Part shown: in pieces, positions 51,969 to 62,919 of the stretch
How the letters are laid out: each line of letters starts with the position of its first letter
How positions within the stretch are numbered: the stretch's first letter is position 1
Origin: Heptranchias perlo
Taxonomy: Eukaryota
DNA: 64,000 nt
Direction of reading: 5' to 3'
Assembly (NCBI RefSeq): GCF_035084215.1
Contig: NC_090340.1
Span: 5,704,001 to 5,768,000, forward strand
Notes under the pieces: generated by a model
Told to the model about the DNA's origin: nothing
Seen by the model: only the letters and a program-made list of their open reading frames with translations
The model's database searches: none
Made by a program: the position numbers and the translations under genes

Positions 51969-54884
51969 CTAATTGCCCTCGAGAAGGTGGTGGTGAGCCG
52001 CCTTCTTGAACCGCTGCAGTCCGTGTGGTGACGGTTCTCCCACAGTGCTGTTAGGAAGGGAGTTCCAGGATTTTGACCCAGCGACAATGAAGGAACGGCG
52101 ATATATTTCCAAGTCGGGATGGTGTGTGACTTGGAGGGGAACGTGCAGGTGGTGTTGTTCCCATGCGCCTGCTGCCCTTGTCCTTCTAGGTGGTAGAGGT
52201 CGCGGGTTTGGGAGGTGCTGTCGAAGAAGCCTTGGCGAGTTGCTGCAGTGCATCCTATGGATGGTACACACTGCAGCCACATTGCGCCGGTGGTGAAGGG
52301 AGTGAATGTTTAGGGTGGTGGATGGGGTGCCAATCAAGCTGGCTGCTTTATCTTGGATGGTGTCGAGCTTCTTGAGTGTTGTTGGAGCTGCACTCATCCA
52401 GGCAAGTGGAGAGTATTCCATCACACTCCTGACTTGTGCCTTGTAGATGGTGGAAAGGCTTTGGGGAGTCAGGAGGTGAATCACTCGCCGCAGAATACCC
52501 AGCCTCTGACCTGCTCTCGTAGCCACAGTATTTATATGGCTGGTCCAGTTAGGTTTCTGGTCAATGGTGACCCCCAGGATGTTGATGGTGGGGGATTCGG
52601 CGATGGTAATGCCGTTGAATGTCAAGGGGAGGTGGTTAGACTCTCTCTTGTTGGAGATGGTCATTGCCTGGCACTTATCTGGCACGAATGTTACTTGCCA
52701 CTTAGGAACCCAAGCCTGGATGTTGTCCAGGTCTTGCTGCATGCAGGCTCGGAATGCTTCATTATCTGAGGGGTTGCGAATGGAACTGAACACTGTGCAG
52801 TCATCAGCGAACATCCCCATTTCTGACCTTATGATGGAGGGAAGGTCATTGATGAAGCAGCTGAAGATGGTTGGGCCTAGGACACTGCCCTGAGGAACTC
52901 CTGCAGCAATGCCCTGGGGCTGAGATGATTGGCCTCCAACAACCACGACCATCTTCCTTTGTGCTAGGTATGACTCCAGCCACTGGAGAGTTTTCCCCCT
53001 GATTCCCATTGACTTCAATTTTACTAGGGCTCCTTGGTGCCACACTCGGTCAAATGCGGCCTTGCTGTCAAGGGCAGTCACTCTCACCTCACCTCTGGAA
53101 TTCAGCTCTTTTGTCCATGTTTGGACCAAGGCTGTAATGAGGACTGGAGCCGAGTGGTCCTGGCGGAACCCAAACTGAGCATCGGTGAGCAGGTTATTGG
53201 TGAGTAAGTGCCGCTTGATAGCACTGTCGACGACACCTTCCATCACTTTGCTGATGATTGAGAGTAGACTGATGGGGCGGTAATTGGCCGGATTGGATTT
53301 GTCCTGCTTTTTGTGGACAGGACATACCTGGGCAATTTTCCACATTGTCGGGTGGATGCCAGTGTTGTAGCTGTGCTGGAACAGCTTGGCTAGAGGCGCA
53401 GCTAGTTCTGGAGCACAAGTCTTCAGCACTACAGCTGGGATGTTGTCGGTGCCCATTGCCTTTGCTGTATCCAGTGCACTCAGCCGTTTCTTGATATCAC
53501 GTGGAGTGAATCGAATTGGCCGAAGACTGGCTTCCGTGATGGTGGGGATATCGGGAGGAGGCTGAGATGGATTATCCACTCGGCACTTCTGGCTGAAGAT
53601 GGTTGCAAACGCTTCAGCCTTGTCTTTTGCACTCACGTGCTGGACTCCGCCATCATTGAGAATGGGGCTGTTTGCAGAGCCTCCTCCTCCCGTTAGTTGT
53701 TTAATTGTCAACCACCATTCACGACTGGATGTGGCAGGACTGCAGAGCTTTGATCTGATCCGTTGGTTGTGGAATCGCTTAGCTCTGTCTATAGCATGTT
53801 GCTTCCGCTGTTTAGCATGCATGTAGTCCTGAGTTGTAGCTTCACCAGGTTGGCACCTCATTTTTCGGTACGCCTGGTGCTGCTCCTGGCATGCTCTTCC
53901 ACACTCCTCATTGAACCAGGGTTGATCCCCTGGCTTGTTGGTAAAGGTAGAGTGAGGAATATGCCGGGCCATGAGGTTACAGATTGTGCTGGAATACAAT
54001 TCTGCTGCTGCTGATGGCCCACAGCGCCTCATGGATGCCCAGTTTTGAGCTGCTAGATCTGTTCAGAATCTATCCCATTTAGCATGGTGGTAGTGCCACA
54101 CAACACGTTGAATGGTGTCCTCAGTGCGAAGACGGGATTTCATCTCCACGAGGACTGTGCGGTAGTCACTCCTACCAATACTGTCATGGACAGATGCATT
54201 TGCGACAGGTAGATTGGTGAGGACGAGGTCAAGTAAGTTTTTCCCTCGTGTTGGTTCGCTCACCACCTGCCGCAGGCCCAGTCTAGCAGCTGTGTCCTTC
54301 AGGACTCGGCCAGCTCGGTCATTAGTGGTGCTACCGAGCCACTCTTGGTGATGGACTTTGAAGTCCCCCACCCAGAGTACATTTTGTGCCCTTGCTGCCC
54401 TCAATGCTTCCTCCAAGTGGTGTTCAACATGGAGGAGGACTGATTCATCAGCTGAGGGAGGACGGTAGGTGGTAATCAGCAGGAGGTTTCCTTACCCATG
54501 TTTGACCTGATGCCATGAGATTTCATGGGGTCCAGAGTCAATGTTGAGGACTCCCAGGGCCACTCCCTCCTGACTGTATATCACTGTACCGCCACCTCTG
54601 GTGGGACTGTCCTGCCGGTGGGACAGGACATACCCAGGGATGGTGATGGAAGAGTCTGGGACGTTGGCTGAAAGATATGATTCTGTGAGTATGGCTATGT
54701 CAGGCTGTTGCTTGACTCGTCTGTGGGACAGCTCTCCCAATTTTGGCACAAGTCCCCAGATACTAGTAAGGAGGACCTTGCAGGGTCGACTGGGCTTGTT
54801 GTTTTGCCGTTGTCGTGTCCGGTGCCTAGTGGTCCGATGCCGGGTGGTCCGTCCGGTTTTATTCTTATTATGACTTTTCGTAGC
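51969..54884 (-). pseudogene. APE-RT ORF of the tRNA-headed LINE: 971 codons in one frame, two premature stops (54492-54494, 54063-54065), no AUG start
   Basis: Track ORFs 54492-54749, 54063-54416 and 51969-54032 share a frame; motifs SIWGL, PDIAILTES, VGDFKVH, LLDLVLTN, NYRPISLL, KAAFDRVWH, GVPQGSVLGP, FADD. Confidence 0.9.
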
Positions 54885-55060
54885 GAGATTTTACAACTGA
54901 GTGGCTTGCTAGGCCATTTCAGAGGGCAATTAAGAATCAACCACATTGCTGTGGGTCTGGAGTCACATTTAGGCCAGACCGGGTAAGGACGGCAGGCTTC
55001 CTTCCCTGAAGGACATTAGTGAACCAGATGGGTTTTTACGACAATCCGGTAGTTTCGTGG
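54882..55060 (-). promoter_or_regulatory. Structured leader; candidate IGR-IRES-like element ending in an anticodon-mimic hairpin (54897-54922)
   Basis: Hairpins at 55023-55050, 54955-54979, 54941-54954 (GCAA tetraloop) and CUGA-AA-UGGC[CUAGCAA]GCCA-C-UCAG; loop AGC is complementary to the in-frame GCU at 54884-54882. Confidence 0.5.
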
Positions 55061-55149
55061 CTATCATTACTGATACTCGTGCTTGAATTCCAGATTTTTA
55101 TCTTAATTAATTGAATTTAATTAATTAATTGAATTTAAATTCGCCAGCT

Positions 55150-55240
55150 GCCGTGGCGGGATTTGAACTCATGACTCTGGATTTTAGTCCAGGCCTCTGG
55201 ATTATTAGCCCAGTAACATAACCACTATGCTACCGTTCCC
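55150..55240 (-). promoter_or_regulatory. tRNA-derived internal Pol III promoter (A box 55232-55222, B box 55170-55159)
   Basis: Sense strand: GGGAACGG-TAGCATAGTGG-TTATGTTA-CTGGGCTAATAATCCAG-AGGC-CTGGACTAAAATCCAG-AGTCAT-GAGTTCAAATCC-CGCCACGGCA. Confidence 0.85.
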
Positions 55241-55391
55241 GTATAAGACGGCGGTTTCGCCAACTCTGATGTGGAACGTCGAGTAATCAGTTCAACTGGA
55301 GAAACTGAAGGTTAACAATGGATTTTTTTTCCAGAAGAAAAGTGGGAATCAGTATATCACAAGTACCTTTGAGAGTGTTTAATCTTATAAT

Positions 55392-56560
55392 TACATAGAA
55401 TTTACAGCACAAAAACAGGCCATTCGGCTGGTGCTTATGCTCGACATGAGCTTCCTCCCACCCTGCTTCATCTAACCCTATATGCATATTGTTCTGTTTT
55501 TTTCTCTCTCATGTACATATCTAGTTTCCCCTTAAAAGCATCTACGCTCTTGTCCTCAACTATTCAACGTGGTAGTAAGTTCCACACTCTGAACCACTCT
55601 CTGTGTAAAGAATTTTTTCCTGAATTCTTTGTTGGATTTATTAATGACTATCTTATATTTATGACCCCAATTTTGGACTGGCCAACAAGTGGAAACATCT
55701 TCTCTACGACTAAACTATCAAACCCCTTCATAAATTTGAGGACCTTTGTTAGGTCACCTCTCAGCCTTATGCTTTCTAGAGAAATGAGTTCCAACCTGTT
55801 CATTCTTACCTGATTGTTACACCTCAGAGTTCTAGTATCATCCTTGTAAATCTTTTTTCCACCTTCTTCAGTGCCTCCATATCTTTTTTGTAATATGGAG
55901 ACCAGAACTGTCCACAATACTCTAAATGTGGTCTTACAGGAATTTAACATAACTTCCGTGCTATTCAATTCGATTCCTCTATTTTTGCATTTGTATGCCT
56001 TTGTTAATTGCGTTGCTACAGTTGATGATTTGTGAATGTGTACCACTTGATCCCTTTGCTCCTCTATCACGTTTAGAATCTAAATTTCGAAAGAATATGT
56101 GGCCTCCTTATTTCTCCTACCAAAATGCACCATCTCACATTTATCAATGTTGAAATTCATTGGCCATTCACACGCCCATTCTGCAACTTTATTTATGTCT
56201 TCGCGATTTTGGCACAGTCCTCCTCAATATTAGTCATATTAACCCCCCTCTCCAATTTGGTTTCATCTGCAAATTTTGTAATTTTACCTCCGATTCCCGA
56301 TTCTGTTTATGTAAATGGTGAACAGCAGTCGTCCCAACACCGATCCATGTGGAACACCACTTCCCACCTTTTGCCAGTCTGAGTAACAACCTTTAACCTC
56401 TACTCTCCGTTTTCTGTTTACTAGCCAGCTTGCTATCCATTCTGCGACTTGTCCCCTGACTCCACATGCTCTGACATTAGTCACGAGTCAACTATGCGGC
56501 ATCTCATCAAAAGCGGTTTGAAAATCCATGTAAATTACATCTACTACATTACCCTTCATA
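55392..56560 (-). mobile_element. Decayed CR1 3' fragment
   Basis: GSGVPHGSVLGRLLFTIYIN, LRGDLTKVLKFMKG; 3' UTR ttacatagaatttacagcaca. Confidence 0.85.
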
Positions 56561-57964
56561 TCATTATCCTACATTATCTTTCTGTTACTTCTTCAAATAA
56601 ATGGAGTAAGAGAGAGTGAAATCCAGAAAAGATAGGAAACAGTTCCAGCGGAAGGGTTGCACAAAGTCTATTAGCTATTCAAAACGAGAATAGAGCAGGA
56701 AGCAGCACAGTCACGGATGTAAGCGAGGCAGCGATCGGCGAAGGATCCTTAGTGGAATGAGAATAGGATAGTTTCACAGACTATGTGTATGAAAGACGAA
56801 GAAAACTGGGACCCAAATGGGTTGTTAACCCATTGGAAGTGAATAAAGATTAAAAGTTGTAGAATGGTTGCGGAGCCTAAATCCTTCACATCATAATATA
56901 GAAGTACAATTATTAAAGAGAAGCATAAATTTCATTTTGTACTTCTATTTTATATCATGCCCCGATCAAACTTGTTCGATGTTCAATGATCTTCAGAGTG
57001 GATGTAACACAAATTTCTACTGTTTGAGTATTCACTGTATTTTTCTCGATTTGGAATAGTGCAAGGTACTTACGCTCTTAACCTAAGTTTCAATAGGTTC
57101 CATTTACATTTACTCATTAAGCCCTTAATTAATGCTCTTGAACGCGTTGAGCTATCTCAAGACAACATCAGCTCACAAACTCCTTTCAAGTCCTAGAATA
57201 CGACGCCGTATTTTGTCAAAATAATGTATACATGAACTGATCGATGTTCGATCTTCGCTAACTTCAATATAATTGAACTTCATCTCTTTTATATTTCACA
57301 ATTATTTCAACGAAAATCAGAAGTATGATTAATGTTTCGTGTTGCAATTTAATGTGTAACGAAAGCGACATTATAAGTTCAAGCACGTCAACCGAGATTG
57401 AAAGCTCACAGAACATTGCAGATCGATGTAAGCTTATCATCACAAAATTAATAAATGACTCATTCTGTGATCGAAGAGATCTACAATCGAACAAATTTGA
57501 AATAAGAACTAAGGGCATGTACGGATGAACTCAGGTCCACATACAATGGATACCTGCCTCATCCCGACTCTCACAACAGCAGCCAAAACAAAATTGGAAT
57601 CAAGTACAGAAGAATTGTGCTAAGGTCTTTTTATGTTTAATTTTTGTTCTCTTCCAATGTTCTTCACTAGCCTTCTACTAGTCGAAATACATTCAATTTA
57701 TTAACGGTGTCCAGTGGAAATGTATTCCAAGTTCCGGTAAGTGTTTTTGTTTTTGGGTGAAACTTCCTTTGTTTCTGAATATATTCAGGGCAGAATATAG
57801 AGAGCCGCTGATACATGAGGAAAACAACGATAACACCACAAGGATCGCTAAGGATTGCCCTTTCTACTTTCGATGTAATAGTATATCTGTACTAACCAGT
57901 ACCATGAACACTGGGATGTTTACTCCGATCATGCAGCCTTTTCTCAGGATGGTAACATCGTGAC

Positions 57965-58420
57965 AATAGGAAAAGGGTTGGCCCTTCAGCCTCTCGAGCC
58001 TGTTCCACCATTCAATAGATCATGGTTCTATCTATCTACCCTATCAAATCACAGAAACATGGAATCATAGAATGGCTACAGCACAGAAGGAGGCCATTCG
58101 GCCCATCGAGCAGGTTCTTTGTAAATCATGTTAACATTCAAACATCTCTATCAGATCAACACTCAATCGTCCATATTCGTCTATAGTCAAAGGAATACAA
58201 GCAACTTTTATGCAATCTGTCATAATTTAACCATCTAAGCCCCAATATCATTCTGGTGAATCTGCATTGCACTCCCTCCAAGGCCAATACATCCTTCCTG
58301 AGGAACAGTGCCCAAAACTGAACCGAATACCGCAGATGGGATCTGACTAAAGCTCTATATAACTGAAGCATAACTTCCTCCCCTTTGTGTCCTAGCTCCC
58401 TTGAGTTAAAGACCAAAAGT
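57965..58420 (-). mobile_element. CR1 3' fragments/tails
   Basis: MLQLYRALVRSHLRYSVQFW; two CR1 3' UTR ends. Confidence 0.75.
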
Positions 58421-59079
58421 CCAGGCTGGACAATGGAAATATTACATTTTCACCGCTTTGAATAGGAACTGCTCTAAAAGTTAAAATCCCACAGAGTATC
58501 AAAAGTTTCCAACAGATTAGCAGATTATCGTGAATAATTCCTTTACATTAGGCTCTTATGGAGAGAAAACGGAACTGCATATAACAATGAAAATTACATT
58601 TCTTAATAGATAAAAAAATGATGAAGAATACCAGGCAAATATATTTTTCAAATCGTATATTTTTAATGTTTATAATATTCGAGTAATTTAATTGCTTCAG
58701 CAATTCAGTGCTTCAACTCGGTTAAAATACTTCAAGAATACCTGGGGGAGATATGTGCCACACGATCAGTTTTTTCTCTTTAATTATTAATATTACATTA
58801 ACAATTTAACTTTATGAAACCAAATTGTTTAAACTAAAATCTTTTGCCAAGCGATTAAATGAAATAACTTCACAAAGAAAACCTAAAGCTAAATTGGAAT
58901 AGCTTATACTTCATATTTGTACATGTCACTATCAGTGGAAGTTAATTCGCTGATTTGTTGCTCAGCAGTGAACATACAGCATTTTAATAATTCATTGTTA
59001 TTGGTTGCCAACCTTCTGATTTAGTGCATTTACCTTTGCTGTTAAATAAATATGTCTATTTATAGCTAATGAAGCCATA

Positions 59080-59415
59080 ATTACATCGTATTATATAGCA
59101 TTTACAGCACTGAAATAAGCCATTCAGCCCAACAAATCTATGCCGGTATTTATGTTCCACACAAGTATCCCCCCACGTTAATTCATCTCACCGTATCAAC
59201 GCTTCCTTCTATTCCTTTCTCCCTCATGTACTTATCTATCTTCCCTCTGAACGCACCTATGTTATTCATCTAAAGTACTTCACGTGGTCAAACTTCCACA
59301 GCCTAACCACTCTCTGAATGAAGAAGTTTGTCCTGAATTCCTTATGGGCTGTATTAGTGACTATCTTACATTCATGGTCCCTAGTCTTGGACTCTCCACA
59401 AGTGGATTTGCATTG
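59080..59415 (-). mobile_element. CR1 3' UTR fragment
   Basis: Similar to 55392-55700 and 61610-61740. Confidence 0.7.
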
Positions 59416-59582
59416 TGAAATTTCAGAACGTGTCGGTCAACGGGCTGCTCAGAATACACGAACATTATAACGTTGATAAGCATGACTGTTCCACCTTCTG
59501 CAGGTGAAAGGATTAGGCGTTCACAAATGACAATGTTCATAGAATTATTATTATTATTATTATTCATTAAGTGTGCCCTTCC

Positions 59583-59663
59583 TTATGGTTTTGCAGTTTT
59601 GCTGGTGTCAGTCAGATTTATAGCGGTGTATGCAGCTTCAGCTTCAGATGTGTCTTGTTTGGT
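59583..59663 (-). CDS. Receptor gene B cytoplasmic exon C (TKQDTSEAEAAYTAINLTDTSKTAKP*)
   Basis: tgttttacag| phase-0 acceptor; paralogous to exons A and B and to 47490-47672. Confidence 0.65.
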   Translation of the reverse strand, partial: TKQDTSEAEAAYTAINLTDTSKTAKP

Positions 59664-59737
59664 CTGTAAAACAATGTTTCGTGATATGATCACCTGATTC
59701 TTATTTTGCCATTCACAGCTGGCTGTTTAAACAGTTT

Positions 59738-59856
59738 ACATTCTCAGTAATAAAGATACTAAACGAGCTAGCATTCTCAGTGGTAAGGATATTTAAAGAC
59801 TTAACATTTTCTGTGGTAGGGATACGAAAACAATTAACATTCTCCTTGGTAAAAAA
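59738..59856. repeat. ~33-bp tandem repeat, ~4 diverged units (acattctcagtggtaaggata...)
   Basis: cattctc...gtaa/gtag motif recurring at ~33-nt spacing. Confidence 0.6.
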
Positions 59857-59919
59857 AATCAACTTTAATACAATCAAATGTCAAAAGCCAGTGCACACAT
59901 AGCTAAATGTAACTTTATT

Positions 59920-60063
59920 TTACCCTTCCTCCTTGTGTAACCTCACCTGAGCCTGTGCATACACTGCATCCTCTTTCTTCTGGATAGGTGTCCTCGTTCT
60001 TTTTAAGCCTATAAAATCCAGAGCAGCGTACGTCATCTTATTCTCGGTTGACCCTTGTTTGGT
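59920..60063 (-). CDS. Receptor gene B cytoplasmic exon B (TKQGSTENKMTYAALDFIGLKRTRTPIQKKEDAVYAQAQ|VRLHKEEG*)
   Basis: tttatag| acceptor; internal CAG|gtgagg donor after 59947, or read-through to TAA immediately followed by AATAAA. Confidence 0.7.
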   Translation of the reverse strand, partial: TKQGSTENKMTYAALDFIGLKRTRTPIQKKEDAVYAQAQVRLHKEEG

Positions 60064-60589
60064 CTATAAACGCCAATATTTAGGGCTATAGTTAATCTGT
60101 TTTTGTCCACTTTGCATACTGTTATTCAAAATAACCATACAAATAATCAAGGAACTTCTTCAATACAGCTTATTCCTGTTAAGGTAGTTACTTATTTTTC
60201 ACGCGCATGATTCACTTATCAAAATCTTACAGGTCATTATATTAACAATAAGTAATTACACGTTTCAGTAGCTCCGGCGTCGTTCATCTGTAATAAAGTA
60301 TTTGTAGTGCAAATAAGTTAATTTAACTTCATATTTCATTTTCCCAATTAGGCGTGGATTGTTTCAATACTAAAACCATGCAGTCAATGACTTGTATAAT
60401 TTGGCCTGTGAACTTTGTAATCTATTCCGTCTGGGAATAAATAGTATTTTAGTAACAGAAATAAGGTTTTGATATTTTCAACAAGAGGCAACAAAATCAA
60501 CGGATGCTGATAAAAGTGTTTTGTCATTTTCAGTATGCATTCATAGTACACATAATCACACACACACATTAATACACACGGACACACAC

Positions 60590-60811
60590 TCAAACGCACA
60601 CAAACACACTCTTACACACAGAACTATATAACGCTACGATAATAACTTCAACAGACATTATTCTGGAGTGTGGCTCCTTCAGTTGACATGTTCCCTGTAC
60701 CTCGGAATATATTGTGCTCTCTTCCGTACGTCTGGGTTTAGCAATTTTGTTGGTGCTAGTGAGATTCAAAGTGAGGTATGTTAGCCTCTCATCAGTTTCT
60801 ATATGTTTGGT
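60590..60811 (-). CDS. Receptor gene B cytoplasmic exon A with ITIM LTYLTL and ITSM TIYSEV
   Basis: gtttttcag| acceptor; TKHIETDERLTYLTLNLTSTNKIAKPRRTEESTIYSEVQ...; weak possible donor GAG|gtacag after 60701. Confidence 0.72.
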   Translation of the reverse strand, partial: TKHIETDERLTYLTLNLTSTNKIAKPRRTEESTIYSEVQGTCQLKEPHSRIMSVEVIIVALYSSVCKSVFVCV

Positions 60812-61609
60812 CTGAAAAACAGCAACACTTTCTTATGGAACGTTTTCTCTACAAATCGAAATCTGTTCCATACACATAAGATAATAGAGAGAAATAAAGA
60901 TGAGAGAAAAGCATGCAATAATTCAACTTCTTATTGTTATGAATATGACGACAAGGGAAGTGTTTAAGGATTCTGGTGGTTCTTAGAAAGGGATGAAGTC
61001 AGAGTCTAAACTAATTAATTGAACGTTCACACTGACATAATTGAAATAGATAGTGGATCATTTGGATTTCATTATTGTGCAGTTTCATGCTATGTAATTC
61101 GACATTCTTATAATTAAACAATAATAACGGAAGTCATGCGAGCGGGATATTTTATGGTAAATGTTCAGTATTTTCGATAAATTACCCGCCTGTCTCTACT
61201 TCTGAAATAATTATTGCGGTTAATTTACCGGCTCGTGGCGTTCTTCTGTCTTTTTGTCTGTCCCTAAAGGAGAAGTAAATTAGGAAGAATGAATTCCATT
61301 CTTTATCAAATGACACACTAAAATGTTACAGCTGCTACCAAGGCGGTAGGTCCTCAAAACTAACTCAGGCTAATAGTAAGTTCAACTGCCGTTCTTCATC
61401 ATTTCTCTGCATATCTTGCGGTTCCTAGCTCGTATCTGTTAACAATAATCTCAAGAAATGAACAGGTTAAAACCTAGACGGCCCTAATAGGCTGCACTTT
61501 GACGCCATTTGCTACCTTAAATAAAGAACTTGACTCGTCGTCGGGAACATTTCCAGAGCCACTAAACTCCCTCCAGTACATACCCAGTGTGTGAACCCAA
61601 GAAGTGAGT

Positions 61610-61740
61610 TATTACATAGGATTATATAAAATATATAGCACAGAAACAGGCCAATCGGCCCAACAAGTCGATGCCGGTGTTTATGCATCACACGAGCCTC
61701 CTCCCTCCCTACTTCATCTAACCCTATCAGCATATTCCTT
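61610..61740 (-). mobile_element. CR1 3' UTR tail
   Basis: cagaaacaggccaatcggcccaac...ctaaccctatcagcat. Confidence 0.7.
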
Positions 61741-62919
61741 ATGGGAGGCTATGCAATCGGGGGGGACATCACAGATGAGCTAACCGCACTACTACACACA
61801 TCGATATACACTATTCGGCCGAACTAACCTACCGGGCGAAGCCATCAGAAACTGATAGTGAAGCATAAATTTGAGCATCTACCTGTGTACAGTATATCTA
61901 TGGACACTGTTTCTAGACTTGAAGGTGTACTGCCACGTAATTCTAACTGAAGAATTTTACTATAATCTACAGATCAAATAGATACTGAATCCTACCTCTT
62001 CGCTTCACAATGCCAATTACGGTCAGGAAAATTATCAATCCTGCTCCCAGACAACCGAAAATCAACGGATAAGGAAGGTCATCATGCTCTGCGAGATTAA
62101 TAATGAATATAGACGTCAGGTGTAAAATATATATAGCGTTATAGGATAGTAATAACTGGCAAATGATTCCAACTTTTTCACTTCTGCTTATCTTTTATAT
62201 CGGGGGAATATTTCCTCTGACGGTCCTATGTTAGATAAAAAGTAAATACAAGGGAATGTTTCCTATGACGGTTCTGTGTTAGAAACACAGTAAACACACG
62301 GGATATTTTTATTATCATTTACACTGATACGGCCAGTGAGTCCATGCATTGTCAAACCAGAGTAGCCTGACTCCTCCAACGGACATAGCCTTAAAATGTA
62401 ACTTTGGTGTTAGTGTGACGTATGACGCAGGAGTTGGATTTAAGACCAATTCTCCACAGACAGTACTTAAGCAGTTGACTTAAAGTCGCAAACCTAGTGT
62501 GAAGCTAATCAGGACACCAGACTAACCCATGAGTGAAGCTAAGGGATATATAAATATGAGTGCATGTATATCGTGGATCACCCATGGTATTACTGGCAAC
62601 AAGTTAAAGCTTCTACTGTTGCAAGGGAGTGCAGATTTGAGGCGTGGAGACTATGACATGAATGTTTAGAAACATCAAATTGTTTCCTCAGAGACTGTAG
62701 GTGGATAAATAATTGCCCCTCTTCACACATCAGATTACAACCTAATTCATCTCTGTATGCAAAATGTAAAGGAACAATGGCTCAGGACAGGGGCAACTCA
62801 CTGGGACGAAATTGCAGATTAGGATCATATAATATCATAATTCTTTTTTGCTCCAGCAGTGTTTTAGGAGATAGTTGCAAAGTGGCAACGTTTTCAATTG
62901 CAGATCAAATTTAGAGACA

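Larger units (their letters stand above)
51902..55240 (-). mobile_element. Full-length ~3.3 kb single-ORF CR1-group (Zenon-like) LINE with tRNA-derived 5' head
   Basis: tRNA A/B boxes at 5' end, structured leader, one APE+RT frame, 3' stem-loop and A-rich tail; possible short TSD gtat (51900-51903 / 55241-55244). Confidence 0.93.

Noticed and set aside
55150-55240. Functional tRNA gene
   Set aside because: Duplicated arm, no proper acceptor stem or T-run terminator; contiguous with the LINE.
61360-61435. Candidate upstream cytoplasmic exon of receptor B
   Set aside because: In-frame TAG in the expected phase and no good donor.
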